From Toensbergia leucococca (Eukaryota), in the NCBI GenBank assembly GCA_022813965.1, contig JALDZS010000110.1:1-64000 (forward strand): 64,000 nt of DNA, read 5' to 3'. Shown here in pieces: positions 62,501-64,000 of this stretch. Below the pieces are notes generated by a model that was given only the letters and a program-made list of their open reading frames with translations, had not been told where the DNA came from and did not search any database. Made by a program: the position numbers and the translations under genes. The number at the start of each line of letters is the position of its first letter. Position 1 is the stretch's first letter.

Positions 62501-64000
62501 ATGCGTGCCATATACATTTCTGCCATCGTACTCGTTCTTGTACTTAGTTGCTTGACTGATGACTCTCCCGCGGCCCCTTACACTTGTAGTCCAACTCAGC
62601 CCTGCTCGCTTGGGTGTTGCGGCAAAAATGGTGTCTGCGGAATGGGCCCAAGTTACTGCAGTGCTGAGAATTGCACTTCGACATGCAACGCCAAATCAGA
62701 CTGTGACCCGGGTTGGGGCTCGCAATGGTCCTCGGCCGAGTCTTGCCCATTGAACGTTTGCTGCTCCAAATTTGGATTTTGCGGTTTGCATAGCTATCTC
62801 GTTAATACAAGAATCCATCTAATTCGACTCGATTAGGTACGACACCGGATTTTTGTGGATCAGAACAGGTCAAATCACCATCTTGTTCGGGTGGAAGCTC
62901 TAATCAACGAACCGTCGGTGAATTGCCGTCACTACTTCGCGAATCCTATTCGAGTCTGTACTGATGATGACAAGGCTACTTCGAAGGATGGTCAACTACG
63001 AGATCTTACGACGGAATATTCCCCGAACAGCTTTCAGCGGGTGCATATACCCACTTGAACTATGCATTTGCTTCTATTGATCCCAATTCCTTTACTGTTG
63101 CTCCTATGAGCGAAGGAGATACTGCCCTCTTCCCTCGCTTGACGGGTCTCAAAACTACCAATCCAGGACTGCAGGTCTGGATCTCCATCGGAGGCTGGTC
63201 CATGAATGACCCTGATCAGCCTACCGCCGCGACTTTTTCGAATCTCGCCGGTTCTACTGACGCCCAGGCCACAACTCCCTAATTTCATTCATGGCAACTT
63301 ATGGATTTGACGGCGTTGACATTGACTGGTATGCCATCTAAATGCTCCCTTGTGAATGCGTACAGCTAAAATCAACCAAAGGGAGTATCCAGTTGCTCCC
63401 GAACACACCGGAAAGCCCCAAGATTATACCACTTATGTATCATTTCTTGTTAACTTGAGAAAAGCACTGGCAGGATCTGGCCATACTTATGGACTCAGCA
63501 TTACAATCCCGTCCTCCTACTGGTCTTTATCTTCCCGTCACTGATTCGCAAAAATGAATGCTCATAGAGATTTAGGTACATGCAACACTTTGATATTGTA
63601 AGCATCGGTAATGTCATTGATTGGTTCAATGTCATGACATATGATCTTCACGGTAAGATATTCTATCCTTATTTAAGCAGCGCGTGTTTACAAGGGAGGT
63701 ATTAATCTGCACAAAAAAAGGCACCTGGGACTCTACCGATCCCTACATTGGACCTGTCATTAACGCACATACCAATCTTACTGAGATTGATCAAACCATG
63801 GATCTTCTCTGGAGAAACAACGTACGTTGCGTCACTCTAGATATATTTTCCTTAGCTAAGACTAATCCACATCTTAGATTGATCCGAGTAAAGTAAATTT
63901 AGGCTTGGGTTTCTATGGCCGAAGTAAGCTCTTCGTAGCTCATCTCCTTCTCCCGGTACTGATTGTTTAGGTTTTACCCTTAGGAATCCTTCCGTAAGAT
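62501..64000 (+). pseudogene. GH18 chitinase, subgroup C (killer-toxin alpha-like) with CBM18 domains; frameshifted; runs off the window
   Basis: CBM18 motifs CCGKNGVCG and CPLNVCCSKFGFCG; GYFEGW, YTHLNYAFA, SIGGWS, FDGVDIDWEYP and MTYDLHGTWD. The frame shifts near 63272, giving TAA at 63280-63282. Confidence 0.75.

Overview
Eukaryotic DNA from a filamentous ascomycete (Pezizomycotina; short GT-AG introns with CTAAC/CTGAC branch points, RIP-like AT-rich relics). A lichen-forming lineage is possible but is only a guess. The left ~26 kb is a mostly conserved core block: translin, a FAR1/Mutator-derived zinc-finger ORF, RPL22, a BMT6-like rRNA methyltransferase, a class I terpene synthase, a Sac7-like RhoGAP, TIM9, a MEIOB-like OB-fold gene, INO1, UBR7/Mlo2 and a Zn2Cys6 transcription factor. 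The right ~38 kb is an accessory region of defence and secreted genes, many of them decaying: a SnoaL-like protein, a tandem caspase-like protease plus DUF6594 membrane protein, a BBE-like oxidase with a nonsense codon, a WSC protein, ankyrin, NLR-like and kinase relics, small secreted peptides, an NCS1 permease, a MITE, and a divergent LysM / GH18 chitinase pair with a frameshifted chitinase. The top leads are a spliced, ACG-initiated 32-codon uORF in the INO1 leader and the caspase-like protease / DUF6594 pair as a possible cell-death module. Exon boundaries and family assignments were read by eye; no searches were run.
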